Source: Antedon mediterranea (lineage: Eukaryota; Animalia; Echinodermata). From it: a DNA stretch of 64,000 bases. Made by a program: the position numbers and the translations under genes. The notes beneath the pieces were generated by a model. The model was not told the DNA's origin. It did not search any database and saw only the letters and a program-made list of their open reading frames with translations. Where the stretch lies: assembly GCF_964355755.1 (NCBI RefSeq), contig NC_092676.1, positions 9,897,888 through 9,961,887 on the forward strand, read 5' to 3'. Shown piece by piece: positions 37,301 through 51,144 of this stretch. How positions within the stretch are numbered: position 1 is the stretch's first letter; each line of letters begins with the position of its first letter.

Positions 37301-40300
37301 ACCGGTAATTATAAATCATATACGTGTAGCATCGGTGGTTCAGTGGTAGAATTCTCGCCTGCCACGCGGGGGACCCGGGTTCAATTCCCGGCCGATGCAT
37401 TTTTGTAATGGAATAATATCAAAGCTGACCTAGGACTGACCAGTGATTATGAAGCATATTCGTGTAGCATCGGTGGTTCAGTGGTAGAATTCTCGCCTGC
37501 CACGCGGGGGACCCGGGTTCAATTCCCGGCCGATGCATTTTTGTAATGGAATAATATCAAAGCTGACTTATAAATTAACGGTGATTATGAACTATACACG
37601 TGCAGCATCAGCAGTGGTTCTGTTTTAGAAATCTCGCCTGCCACACGTAGAATCCGGGTAAAATTTCCAGCCGATGCATTTTTATAATGGAACAATATCG
37701 ACGCTCTCCTATAATGACCGGTGATTATAAAACATATACGTGTAGCATCGGTGGTTCAGTGATAGAATTCTCGCCTGCCACGCGGGGGACCCGGGTTCAA
37801 TTCACGGCTGGTGCATTTTTATAATGGAATAATATCAAAGGTGACCTGGAACTGACCAGTTATTATGAAGCATATTCGTGTAGCATCGGTAGATCAGTGG
37901 TAGTATTCTCGCCTACCACGCGGGTATTCTCGCCTACCAAGCATATTCGTGTGGCATCGGTGGTTCAGTGGTAGAATTCTCGCCTGCCACGCGCCGGATC
38001 CGGGTTCAATTCCCGGCCGATGCAATGGAATAATATCAAAGCTGACTTATAAATTACCGGTGATTATGAACTATACACGTGCAGCAGCAGTGGTTCTGTT
38101 TTAGAAATCTCGCCTGCCACAGGTAGAATCCGGGTTCAATTCCCGGTCGATGCAGTTTTGTAATGGAATAATATCAAAGCTGACTTATAAATTACCGGTG
38201 ATTATGAACTATACACGTGTAGCATCAGTGGTTCTGTTTTAGAAATCTCGCCTGCCACACGTAGAATCCGGGTAAAATTTCCAGCCGATGCATTTTTATA
38301 ATGGAACAATATCGACGCTCTCCTATAATGACCGGTGATTATAAAACATATACGTGTAGCATCGGTGGTTCAGTGGTAGAATTCTCGCCTGCCACGCGGG
38401 GGACCCGGGTTCAATTCCCGGCCGATGCATTTTTATAATGGAATAATATCAAAGCTGAACTAGGACTGACCAGTGATTATGAAGCATATTCGTGTAGCAT
38501 CGGTGGTTCAGTGGTAGAATTCTCGCCTGCCACGCGAGGGACCCGGGTTCAATTCCCGGCCGATGCATTTTTAGAATGGAATAATATCAAAGGTGACCTA
38601 GGACTGACCAGTGATTATGAAGCATAATCGTGTGGCATCGGTGGTTCAGTGGTAGAATTCTTGCCTGCCACGCGCCGGATCCGGGTTCAATTCCCGGCCG
38701 ATGCAATGGAATAATATCAAAGCTGACTTATAAATTACCGGTGATTATGAACTATACACGTGCAGCAGCAGTGGTTCTGTTTTAGAAATCTCGCCTGCCA
38801 CAGGTAGAATCCGGGTAAAATTTCCAGCCGATGCATTTTTATAATGGAACAATATCGACGCTCTCCTATAATGACCGGTGATTATAAAACATATACGTGT
38901 AGCATCGGTGGTTCAGTGGTAGAATTCTCGCCTGCCACGCGGGGGACCCGGGTTCAATTCCCGGCCGATGCATTTTTATAATGGAATAATATCAAAGCTG
39001 ACTTATAAATTAACGGTGATTATGAACTATACACGTGCAGCATCAGCAGTGGTTCTGTTTTAGAAATCTCGCCTGCCACACGTAGAATCCGGGTAAAATT
39101 TCCAGCCGATGCATTTTTATAATGGAACAATATCGACGCTCTCCTATAATGACCGGTGATTATAAAACATATACGTGTAGCATCGGTGGTTCAGTGATAG
39201 AATTCTCGCCTGCCACGCGGGGGACCCGGGTTCAATTCACGGCTGGTGCATTTTTATAATGGAATAATATCAAAGGTGACCTGGAACTGACCAGTTATTA
39301 TGAAGCATATTCGTGTAGCATCGGTAGATCAGTGGTAGTATTCTCGCCTACCACGCGGGTATTCTCGCCTACCAAGCATATTCGTGTGGCATCGGTGGTT
39401 CAGTGGTAGAATTCTCGCCTGCCACGCGCCGGATCCGGGTTCAATTCCCGGCCGATGCAATGGAATAATATCAAAGCTGACTTATAAATTACCGGTGATT
39501 ATGAACTATACACGTGCAGCAGCAGTGGTTCTGTTTTAGAAATCTCGCCTGCCACAGGTAGAATCCGGGTTCAATTCCCGGTCGATGCAGTTTTGTAATG
39601 GAATAATATCAAAGCTGACTTATAAATTACCGGTGATTATGAACTATACACGTGTAGCATCAGTGGTTCTGTTTTAGAAATCTCGCCTGCCACACGTAGA
39701 ATCCGGGTAAAATTTCCAGCCGATGCATTTTTATAATGGAACAATATCGACGCTCTCCTATAATGACCGGTGATTATAAAACATATACGTGTAGCATCGG
39801 TGGTTCAGTGGTAGAATTCTCGCCTGCCACGCGGGGGACCCGGGTTCAATTCCCGGCCGATGCATTTTTATAATGGAATAATATCAAAGCTGAACTAGGA
39901 CTGACCAGTGATTATGAAGCATATTCGTGTAGCATCGGTGGTTCAGTGGTAGAATTCTCGCCTGCCACGCGAGGGACCCGGGTTCAATTCCCGGCCGATG
40001 CATTTTTAGAATGGAATAATATCAAAGGTGACCTAGGACTGACCAGTGATTATGAAGCATATTCGTGTGGCATCGGTGGTTCAGTGGTAGAATTCTTGCC
40101 TGCCACGCGCCGGATCCGGGTTCAATTCCCGGCCGATGCAATGGAATAATATCAAAGCTGACTTATAAATTACCGGTGATTATGAACTATACACGTGCAG
40201 CAGCAGTGGTTCTGTTTTAGAAATCTCGCCTGCCACAGGTAGAATCCGGGTAAAATTTCCAGCCGATGCATTTTTATAATGGAACAATATCGACGCTCTC

Positions 40301-43300
40301 CTATAATGACCGGTGATTATAAAACATATACGTGTAGCATCGGTGGTTCAGTGGTAGAATTCTCGCCTGCCACGCGGGGGACCCGGGTTCAATTCCCGGC
40401 CGATGCATTTTTATAATGGAATAATATCAAAGCTGAACTAGGACTGACCAGTGATTATGAAGCATATTCGTGTAGCATCGGTGGTTCAGTGGTAGAATTC
40501 TCGCCTGCCACGCGGGGGACCCGGGTTCAATTCCCGGCCGATGAATTTTTAGAATGGAATAATATCAAAGGTGACCTAGGACTAACCAGTGATTATGAAG
40601 CATATTCGTGTGGCATCGGTGGTTCAGTGGTAGAATTCTCGCCTGCCACGCGCCGGATCCGGGTTCAATTCCCGGTCGATGCAGTTTTGTAATGGAATAA
40701 TATCGACGCTCTCCTATAATGACCGGTAATTATAAATCATATACGTGTAGCATCGGTGGTTCAGTGGTAGAATTCTCGCCTGCCACGCGGGGGACCCGGG
40801 TTCAATTCCCGGCCGATGCATTTTTATAATGGAATAATATCAAAGCTGACCTAGGACTGACCAGTGATTATGAAGCATATTCGTGTAGCATCGGTGGTTC
40901 AGTGGTAGAATTCTCGCCTGCCACGCGGGGGACCCGGGTTCAATTCCCGGCCGATGCATTTTTGTAATGGAATAATATCAAAGCTGACTTATAAATTAAC
41001 GGTGATTATGAACTATACACGTGCAGCATCAGCAGTGGTTCTGTTTTAGAAATCTCGCCTGCCACACGTAGAATCCGGGTAAAATTTCCAGCCGATGCAT
41101 TTTTATAATGGAACAATATCGACGCTCTCCTATAATGACCGGTGATTATAAAACATATACGTGTAGCATCGGTGGTTCAGTGATAGAATTCTCGCCTGCC
41201 ACGCGGGGGACCCGGGTTCAATTCACGGCTGGTGCATTTTTATAATGGAATAATATCAAAGGTGACCTGGAACTGACCAGTTATTATGAAGCATATTCGT
41301 GTAGCATCGGTAGATCAGTGGTAGTATTCTCGCCTACCACGCGGGTATTCTCGCCTACCAAGCATATTCGTGTGGCATCGGTGGTTCAGTGGTAGAATTC
41401 TCGCCTGCCACGCGCCGGATCCGGGTTCAATTCCCGGCCGATGCAATGGAATAATATCAAAGCTGACTTATAAATTACCGGTGATTATGAACTATACACG
41501 TGCAGCAGCAGTGGTTCTGTTTTAGAAATCTCGCCTGCCACAGGTAGAATCCGGGTTCAATTTCCGGTCGATGCAGTTTTGTAATGGAATAATATCAAAG
41601 CTGACTTATAAATTACCGGTGATTATGAACTATACACGTGTAGCATCAGTGGTTCTGTTTTAGAAATCTCGCCTGCCACACGTAGAATCCGGGTAAAATT
41701 TCCAGCCGATGCATTTTTATAATGGAACAATATCGACGCTCTCCTATAATGACCGGTGATTATAAAACATATACGTGTAGCATCGGTGGTTCAGTGGTAG
41801 AATTCTCGCCTGCCACGCGGGGGACCCGGGTTCAATTCCCGGCCGATGCATTTTTATAATGGAATAATATCAAAGCTGAACTAGGACTGACCAGTGATTA
41901 TGAAGCATATTCGTGTAGCATCGGTGGTTCAGTGGTAGAATTCTCGCCTGCCACGCGAGGGACCCGGGTTCAATTCCCGGCCGATGCATTTTTAGAATGG
42001 AATAATATCAAAGGTGACCTAGGACTGACCAGTGATTATGAAGCATATTCGTGTGGCATCGGTGGTTCAGTGGTAGAATTCTTGCCTGCCACGCGCCGGA
42101 TCCGGGTTCAATTCCCGGCCGATGCAATGGAATAATATCAAAGCTGACTTATAAATTACCGGTGATTATGAACTATACACGTGCAGCAGCAGTGGTTCTG
42201 TTTTAGAAATCTCGCCTGCCACAGGTAGAATCCGGGTAAAATTTCCAGCCGATGCATTTTTATAATGGAACAATATCGACGCTCTCCTATAATGACCGGT
42301 GATTATAAAACATATACGTGTAGCATCGGTGGTTCAGTGGTAGAATTCTCGCCTGCCACGCGGGGGACCCGGGTTCAATTCCCGGCCGATGCATTTTTAT
42401 AATGGAATAATATCAAAGCTGAACTAGGACTGACCAGTGATTATGAAGCATATTCGTGTAGCATCGGTGGTTCAGTGGTAGAATTCTCGCCTGCCACGCG
42501 GGGGACCCGGGTTCAATTCCCGGCCGATGAATTTTTAGAATGGAATAATATCAAAGGTGACCTAGGACTGACCAGTGATTATGAAGCATATTCGTGTGGC
42601 ATCGGTGGTTCAGTGGTAGAATTCTCGCCTGCCACGCGCCGGATCCGGGTTCAATTCTCGGCCGATGCAATGGAATAATATCAAAGCTGACTTATAAATT
42701 ACCGGCGATTATGAACTATACACGTGCAGCATCAGTGGTTCTGTTTTAGAAATCTCGCCTGCCACACGTAGAATCCGGGTAAAATTTCCAGCCGATGCAT
42801 TTTTATAATGGAACAATATCGACGCTCTCCTATAATGACCGGTAATTATAAAACATATACGTGTAGCATCGGTGGTTCAGTGGTAGAATTCTCGCCTGCC
42901 ACGCGGGGGACCCGGGTTCAATTCCCGGCCGATGCATTTTTATAATGTAATAATATCAAAGCTGACCTAGGACTGACCAGTGATTATGAAGCATATTCGT
43001 GTAGCATCGGTGGTTCAGTGGTAGAATTCTCGCCTGCCACGCGGGGGACCCGGGTTCAATTCCCGGCCGATGCATTTTTATAATGGAATAATATCAAAGG
43101 TAACCTAGGACTGACCAGTGATTATGAAGCATATTCGTGTAGCATCGTGGTAGAATTCTCGCCTGCCTGCCACGCGCCGGATCCGGGTTCAATTCCCGGC
43201 CGATGCAGTTTTGTAATGGAATAATATCAAAGCTGACTTATAAATTACCGGTGATTATGAACTATACACGTGTAGCATCAGTGGTTCTGTTTTAGAAATC

Positions 43301-45501
43301 TCGCCTGCCACACGTAGAATCCGGGTAAAATTTCCAGCCGATGCATTTTTATAATGGAACAATATCGACGCTCTCCTATAATGACCGGTGATTATAAAAC
43401 ATATACGTGTAGCATCGGTGGTTCAGTGATAGAATTCTCGCCTGCCACGCGGGGGACCCGGGTTCAATTCACGGCTGGTGCATTTTTATAATGGAATAAT
43501 ATCAAAGGTGACCTGGAACTGACCAGTTATTATGAAGCATATTCGTGTAGCATCGGTGGATCAGTGGTAGTATTCTCGCCTGCCACGCGGGGGACCCGGG
43601 TTCAATTCCCGGCCGATGTATTTTTAGAATGGAATAATATCAAAGGTGACCTAGGACTGACCAGTGATTATGAAGCATATTCGTGTGGCATCGGTGGTTC
43701 AGTGGTAGAATTCTCGCCTGCCACGCGCCGGATCCGGGTTCAATTCCCGGTCGATGCAGTTTTGTAATGGAATAATATCAAAGCTGACTTATAAATTACC
43801 GGTGATTATGAACTATACACGTGTAGCATCAGTGGTTCTGTTTTAGAAATCTCGCCTGCCACAGGTAGAATCCGGGTAAAATTTCCAGCCGATGCATTTT
43901 TATAATGGAACAATATCGACGCTCTCCTATAATGACCGGTGATTATAAAACATATACGTGTAGCATCGGTGGTTCAGTGGTAGAATTCTCGCCTGCCACG
44001 CGGGGGACCCGGGTTCAATTCCCGGCCGATGCATTTTTATAATGGAATAATATCAAAGCTGAACTAGGACTGACCAGTGATTATGAAGCATATTCGTGTA
44101 GCATCGGTGATTCAGTGGTAGAATTCTCGCCTGCCACGCGGGGGACCCGGGTTCAATTCCCGGCCGATGCATTTTTAGAATGGAATAATATCAAAGGTGA
44201 CCTAGGACTGACCAGTGATTATGAAGCATATTCGTGTGGCGTCGGTGGTTCAGTGGTAGAATTCTCGCCTGCCACGCGCCGGATACGGGTTCAATTCTCG
44301 GCCGATGCAATGGAATAATATCAAAGCTGACTTATAAATTACCGGTGATTATGAACTATACACGTGCAGCATCAGTGGTTCTGTTTTAGAAATCTCGCCT
44401 GCCACACGTAGAATCCGGGTAAAATTTCCAGCCGATGCATTTTTATAATGGAACAATATCGACGCTCTCCTATAATGACCGGTGATTATAAAACATATAC
44501 GTGTAGCATCGGTGGTTCAGTGGTAGAATTCTCGCCTGCCACGCGGGGGACCCGGGTTCAATTCCCGGCCGATGCATTTTTATAATGGAATAATATCAAA
44601 GCTGACCTAGGACTGACCAGTGATTATGAAGCATATTCGTGTGGCATCGGTGGTTCAGTGGTAGAATTCTCGCCTGCCACGCGCCGGATACGGGTTCAAT
44701 TCTCGGCCGATGCAATGGAATAATATCAAAGCTGACTTATAAATTACCGGTGATTATGAACTATACACGTGCAGCATCAGTGGTTCTGTTTTAGAAATCT
44801 CGCCTGCCACACGTAGAATCCGGGTAAAATTTCCAGCCGATGCATTTTTATAATGGAACAATATCGACGCTCTCCTATAATGACCGGTGATTATAAAACA
44901 TATACGTGTAGCATCGGTGGTTCAGTGGTAGAATTCTCGCCTGCCACGCGGGGGACCCGGGTTCAATTCCCGGCCGATGCATTTTTATAATGGAATAATA
45001 TCAAAGCTGACCTAGGACTGACCAGTGATTATGAAGCATATTCGTGTAGCATCGGTGGTTCAGTGGTAGAATTCTCGCCTGCCACGCGGGGGACCCGGGT
45101 TCAATTCCCGGCCGATGCATTTTTAGAATGGAATAATATCAAAGGTGACCCAGGACTGACCAATGATTATGAAGCATGTTCGTGAAGCATCAGTCGTTCA
45201 GTGGTAGAATTCTCGCCTGCCACGCGGGGGACCCGGGTTCAATTCCCGGCCGATGCATTTTTATAATGGAATAATATCAAATGTGACCTAGTACTGACCA
45301 GTGATTATGAAGCATATTCGTGTAGCATCGGTGGTTCAGTGGTAGAATTCTCGCCTGCCACGCGGGTGACCTTGGTTCAATTCTCGGCCGATGCATTTTT
45401 ATAATGGAATAATATAAAAGGTGACCTATGAATTACCAGTGATTATGAAGCATATTCGTTTAGCATCGGTTGTTCAGTGACCTAGGACTGACCAGTGATT
45501 A

Positions 45502-46739
45502 GACCTAAAAAAAAATAGTTTGTTTGCTGTCATCCGCCGCCCCTAATTTCGCCAAAAATTTGGGGCGGAGATAAGAAAAAAATTTGTTTACGTTGAGGGC
45601 GCTTTTAAAAAAAAAGTTTTTTTATGATTTTTTTTTGCCGAAAAGGTTTAAAAATCGAGTGTGTGAGGATGAAACAATAAAAATAATAACGTAGCGTATA
45701 TTTCGGTGTATAATCGCACTTTTGACACGCAAATTTAACCTTATACACCGAACATAAATGCCTCAACACACAGATATCGCCACCTCGTTGGCTAGGCCTG
45801 GGCTTTTTAAGGTAAGGCCTACTAGGCCTAGCCTAGGCCTATAAGTATTACTAAAGAGTAGGCCTAGCCTAGCTACAGTGTACTAGCGTAACAGCAACCT
45901 GCTAGTTTTCTAGGCATTTTAGCGTGATTTTGTACTAAATATGATGACAAGATTTGTTCATTATATGGAGCTGTTTTAGGCGCTCCGATAAAATTTCATT
46001 TGTAAACGTTTACGATTGGAATAGTATTATAGTTATATGCACGACCGTCGTACCCCCAGCCCTTCTTGGCAACCACATGGTGTACAGTATTCGACTAGTA
46101 TATTCTCCAGTTGATTATAGCATAGACCTAGCGTACACACTTCTAGGATACATAGATACTAATCGAATACGATTGTCCGTGAAAACGTGCGCCTCTCGAT
46201 AAATCGAGCGAGGCTAGCCCACACACACGTGCGGTCATGCACTCGATGTTGCGGGTGCGAAACTCATGAATAACAAGTTAGAAAGAACTGACAGAATGGG
46301 GGACTTCCCTTCATGTTGAGGCTGGGCGCGGCCGTCTTATACATCGACGATATACAAAATACCGATATTTTACTCTCAGTTAGGGGTGCGTCTTATACAC
46401 AGGTGCGACTTATACACCGAAATATACGGTACACTAACTTCTAAAATATTTAATTAGGCCTGCTAACAACGACCTTCTGTGTAGTAGGCCTAGCCTAGGC
46501 TAGTTTAGACACGGGGCCTAACGCGCCCAAAACAGAATTAAAGTGTGAAACAAATTATGAATAGATGTTTGAGCTCGTTGTTTTATTCAGTGTGTTTTGT
46601 TACTCTCAAATTCACGTACAATTAACAGAGAAATTAACATTAAAAAAAAAAAAAAAAAAAACTTTTTTCCACCCGCCCCCCCCCCCCCCCTACCAAAACA
46701 AAAACTTGACAGAAAACAAATTTTTTTTTTTTTTAGGCC
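45502..46739. mobile_element. Non-autonomous DNA transposon, PIF/Harbinger-like (TTA TSD), copy 1
   Basis: Imperfect TIR gacctaaaaaaaaatagtttgtttgctgtca / tgacagaaaacaaat(n)aggcc; TTA duplicated at 45499-45501 and 46740-46742 within the spacer gtgaTTAtgaag. Superfamily inferred from the TSD only. Confidence 0.75.
45694..46429. mobile_element. pogo/Tc1-mariner-like MITE nested in the Harbinger-like element, copy 1
   Basis: TIR (g)cgtatatttcggtgtataatcgcac / gtgcgacttatacaccgaaatatacgg flanked by TA; subterminal ttatacac repeats. Confidence 0.8.
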
Positions 46740-47125
46740 TTATGAAGCATATTCGTGTAGCATCGGTGGTTCAGTGATAGAATTCTCGCCTGCCACGCGG
46801 GGGACTCGGGTTCAATTCACGGCTGGTGCATTTTTATAATGGAATAATATCAAAGGTGACCTAGGACTGACCAGTGATTATGAAACATATTCGTGTAGCA
46901 TCGGTGGTTCAGTGGTAGAATTTTCGCCTGCCATGCGGGGCACCCGGGTTAAATTCCCGGCCGATGCATTTTTAGAATGGAATAATATCAAAGCTGACCT
47001 ATAAATGACCGGTGATTATGAACTATACACGTGTAGCATCGGTGGTTCTGTTTTAGAAATCTCGCCTGCCACACGTGGAATCCGGGTAAAATTTCCAGCC
47101 GATGCATTTTTATAATGGAACAATA

Positions 47126-47757
47126 TGTGGCACATGCAAGCGAAATCGGACATAAGTTGCATTTGTAGATTTGGAGAAACAACCAAAAACATTAAAAGGC
47201 TGAAAAATTACATTTTTTAATTTTTACAGAAAATAATAGCTGAAACAATATTTATTTACATTACCTTGGTGTTTTTCTATTTTGAGACAAATAAATAGAT
47301 ACATTTTAAGATTTCGTGTAGTATGTTGGTTAAAAAGATAGTGTAAATTATGAATGATTTTCATAAAACCTATCATGTTTTATGCTTAAATTGAAAGTGT
47401 TCCATTGAGTTAATTTCAATGAAAATTTTGCATAATAATAGAACAATAGTTAATTAAGGAAGGTGCGAAGTTTCATTGAAATAAAACAATTAGAATACCC
47501 TTTTGCTAAGGCTTAAACTTAGACGTCCTGTTTATTTTTTTGTAGTTGTCGTTTCCTGTTACTTAACTTTAAAAGCATTTTTCTCAAAACACTGATTGTA
47601 ACAACCAAAACTTTAGACTAAGATATCTTTGGAAGTAGACATGGTATCAAGATATTTTTTCAGCATTTTAAATCTTGGATTATGTAGTTTCAGTATTTGT
47701 AGAAATCTCAATTTTGAAAATTTCGACTTATGTCTGGTTTCGCTTGCATGTGCCACA
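47126..47757. mobile_element. MITE with ~34-bp TIR, TA (or ATAT) TSD, copy 1
   Basis: tgtggcacatgcaagcgaaatcggacataagttg / cgacttatgtctggtttcgcttgcatgtgccaca inserted into the spacer caatatcga. Confidence 0.85.
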
Positions 47758-50700
47758 TATCGAAGCTCACCTATAATGACCGGTGATTGCAAAACATATA
47801 CGTGTAGCATCGGTGGTTCAGTGATAGAATTCTCGCCTGCCACGCGGGGGACCCTTTTCAAATTCCCGGCCGATGCATTTTTAGAATTGAATAATATTAA
47901 AGCTGCCCTATAAATGACCGGTGATTATGAACTATACACGTGTAGCACGTGTGGTTCCGTTTTAGAATTCTCGCCTGCCATACGTATCCGGGTAAAATTC
48001 CCGGCCGATGCATTTTTATAATGGAACAATATCAAAGCTAACCACACGTGTAGCGTCGGTGGTTCTGCCACACGTGGATCCGTGTAAAATTCCCGGACGA
48101 TGCATTTTTAGAATGGAACAATATTAAAGCTGACCTAGGACTGACCAGTGAGTATAAATCATATACAGCTAGCTTCGGTGGTTCAGTGGTAGAATTCTCG
48201 CCTGCCACGCGGGGGACCCGGGTTCAATTCCCGGCCGATGCAGTTTTTTGTAATGGAATTATATCAAAGCTAACCTATAAATGACCGGTGATAATAAAGC
48301 ATATACATGTAGCATCGGTTGTTCTGTTTTAGAAATCTCGCCTGCCACACGTAGAATCCGGGTAAAATTTCCAGCCGATGCATTTTTATAATGGAACAAT
48401 ATCGACGCTCTCCTATAATGACCGGTGATTATAAAACATATACGTGTAGCATCGGTGGTTCAGTGATAGAATTCTCGCCTGCCACGCGGGGGACCCGGGT
48501 TCAATTCACGGCTGGTGCATTTTTATAATGGAATAATATCAAAGGTGACCTGGAACTGACCAGTTATTATGAAGCATATTCGTGTAGCATCGGTAGATCA
48601 GTGGTAGTATTCTCGCCTACCACGCGGGTATTCTCGCCTACCAAGCATATTCGTGTGGCATCGGTGGTTCAGTGGTAGAATTCTCGCCTGCCACGCGCCG
48701 GATCCGGGTTCAATTCCCGGCCGATGCAATGGAATAATATCAAAGCTGACTTATAAATTACCGGTGATTATGAACTATACACGTGCAGCAGCAGTGGTTC
48801 TGTTTTAGAAATTTCGCCTGCCACAGGTAGAATCCGGGTTCAATTCCCGGTCGATGCAGTTTTGTAATGGAATAATATCAAAGCTGACTTATAAATTACC
48901 GGTGATTATGAACTATACACGTGTAGCATCAGTGGTTCTGTTTTAGAAATCTCGCCTGCCACACGTAGAATCCGGGTAAAATTTCCAGCCGATGCATTTT
49001 TATAATGGAACAATATCGACGCTCTCCTATAATGACCGGTGATTATAAAACATATACGTGTAGCATCGGTGGTTCAGTGGTAGAATTCTCGCCTGCCACG
49101 CGGGGGACCCGGGTTCAATTCCCGGCCGATGCATTTTTATAATGGAATAATATCAAAGCTGAACTAGGACTGACCAGTGATTATGAAGCATATTCGTGTA
49201 GCATCGGTGGTTCAGTGGTAGAATTCTCGCCTGCCACGCGAGGGACCCGGGTTCAATTCCCGGCCGATGCATTTTTAGAATGGAATAATATCAAAGGTGA
49301 CCTAGGACTGACCAGTGATTATGAAGCATATTCGTGTGGCATCGGTGGTTCAGTGGTAGAATTCTTGCCTGCCACGCGCCGGATCCGGGTTCAATTCCCG
49401 GCCGATGCAATGGAATAATATCAAAGCTGACTTATAAATTACCGGTGATTATGAACTATACACGTGCAGCAGCAGTGGTTCTGTTTTAGAAATCTCGCCT
49501 GCCACAGGTAGAATCCGGGTAAAATTTCCAGCCGATGCATTTTTATAATGGAACAATATCGACGCTCTCCTATAATGACCGGTGATTATAAAACATATAC
49601 GTGTAGCATCGGTGGTTCAGTGGTAGAATTCTCGCCTGCCACGCGGGGGACCCGGGTTCAATTCCCGGCCGATGCATTTTTATAATGGAATAATATCAAA
49701 GCTGAACTAGGACTGACCAGTGATTATGAAGCATATTCGTGTAGCATCGGTGGTTCAGTGGTAGAATTCTCGCCTGCCACGCGGGGGACCCGGGTTCAAT
49801 TCCCGGCCGATGAATTTTTAGAATGGAATAATATCAAAGGTGACCTAGGACTGACCAGTGATTATGAAGCATATTCGTGTGGCATCGGTGGTTCAGTGGT
49901 AGAATTCTCGCCTGCCACGCGCCGGATACGGGTTCAATTCTCGGCCGATGCAATGGAATAATATCAAAGCTGACTTATAAATTACCGGTGATTATGAACT
50001 ATACACGTGCAGCATCAGTGGTTCTGTTTTAGAAATCTCGCCTGCCACACGTAGAATCCGGGTAAAATTTCCAGCCGATGCATTTTTATAATGGAACAAT
50101 ATCGACGCTCTCCTATAATGACCGGTGATTATAAAACATATACGTGTAGCATCGGTGGTTCAGTGGTAGAATTCTCGCCTGCCACGCGGGGGACCCGGGT
50201 TCAATTCCCGGCCGATGCATTTTTATAATGGAATAATATCAAAGCTGACCTAGGACTGACCAGTGATTATGAAGCATATTCGTGTGGCATCGGTGGTTCA
50301 GTGGTAGAATTCTCGCCTGCCACGCGCCGGATACGGGTTCAATTCTCGGCCGATGCAATGGAATAATATCAAAGCTGACTTATAAATTACCGGTGATTAT
50401 GAACTATACACGTGCAGCATCAGTGGTTCTGTTTTAGAAATCTCGCCTGCCACACGTAGAATCCGGGTAAAATTTCCAGCCGATGCATTTTTATAATGGA
50501 ACAATATCGACGCTCTCCTATAATGACCGGTGATTATAAAACATATACGTGTAGCATCGGTGGTTCAGTGGTAGAATTCTCGCCTGCCACGCGGGGGACC
50601 CGGGTTCAATTCCCGGCCGATGCATTTTTATAATGGAATAATATCAAAGCTGACCTAGGACTGACCAGTGATTATGAAGCATATTCGTGTAGCATCGGTG

Positions 50701-51144
50701 GTTCAGTGGTAGAATTCTCGCCTGCCACGCGGGGGACCCGGGTTCAATTCCCGGCCGATGCATTTTTAGAATGGAATAATATCAAAGGTGACCCAGGACT
50801 GACCAATGATTATGAAGCATGTTCGTGAAGCATCAGTCGTTCAGTGGTAGAATTCTCGCCTGCCACGCGGGGGACCCGGGTTCAATTCCCGGCCGATGCA
50901 TTTTTATAATGGAATAATATCAAATGTGACCTAGTACTGACCAGTGATTATGAAGCATATTCGTGTAGCATCGGTGGTTCAGTGGTAGAATTCTCGCCTG
51001 CCACGCGGGTGACCTTGGTTCAATTCTCGGCCGATGCATTTTTATAATGGAATAATATAAAAGGTGACCTATGAATTACCAGTGATTATGAAGCATATTC
51101 GTTTAGCATCGGTTGTTCAGTGACCTAGGACTGACCAGTGATTA

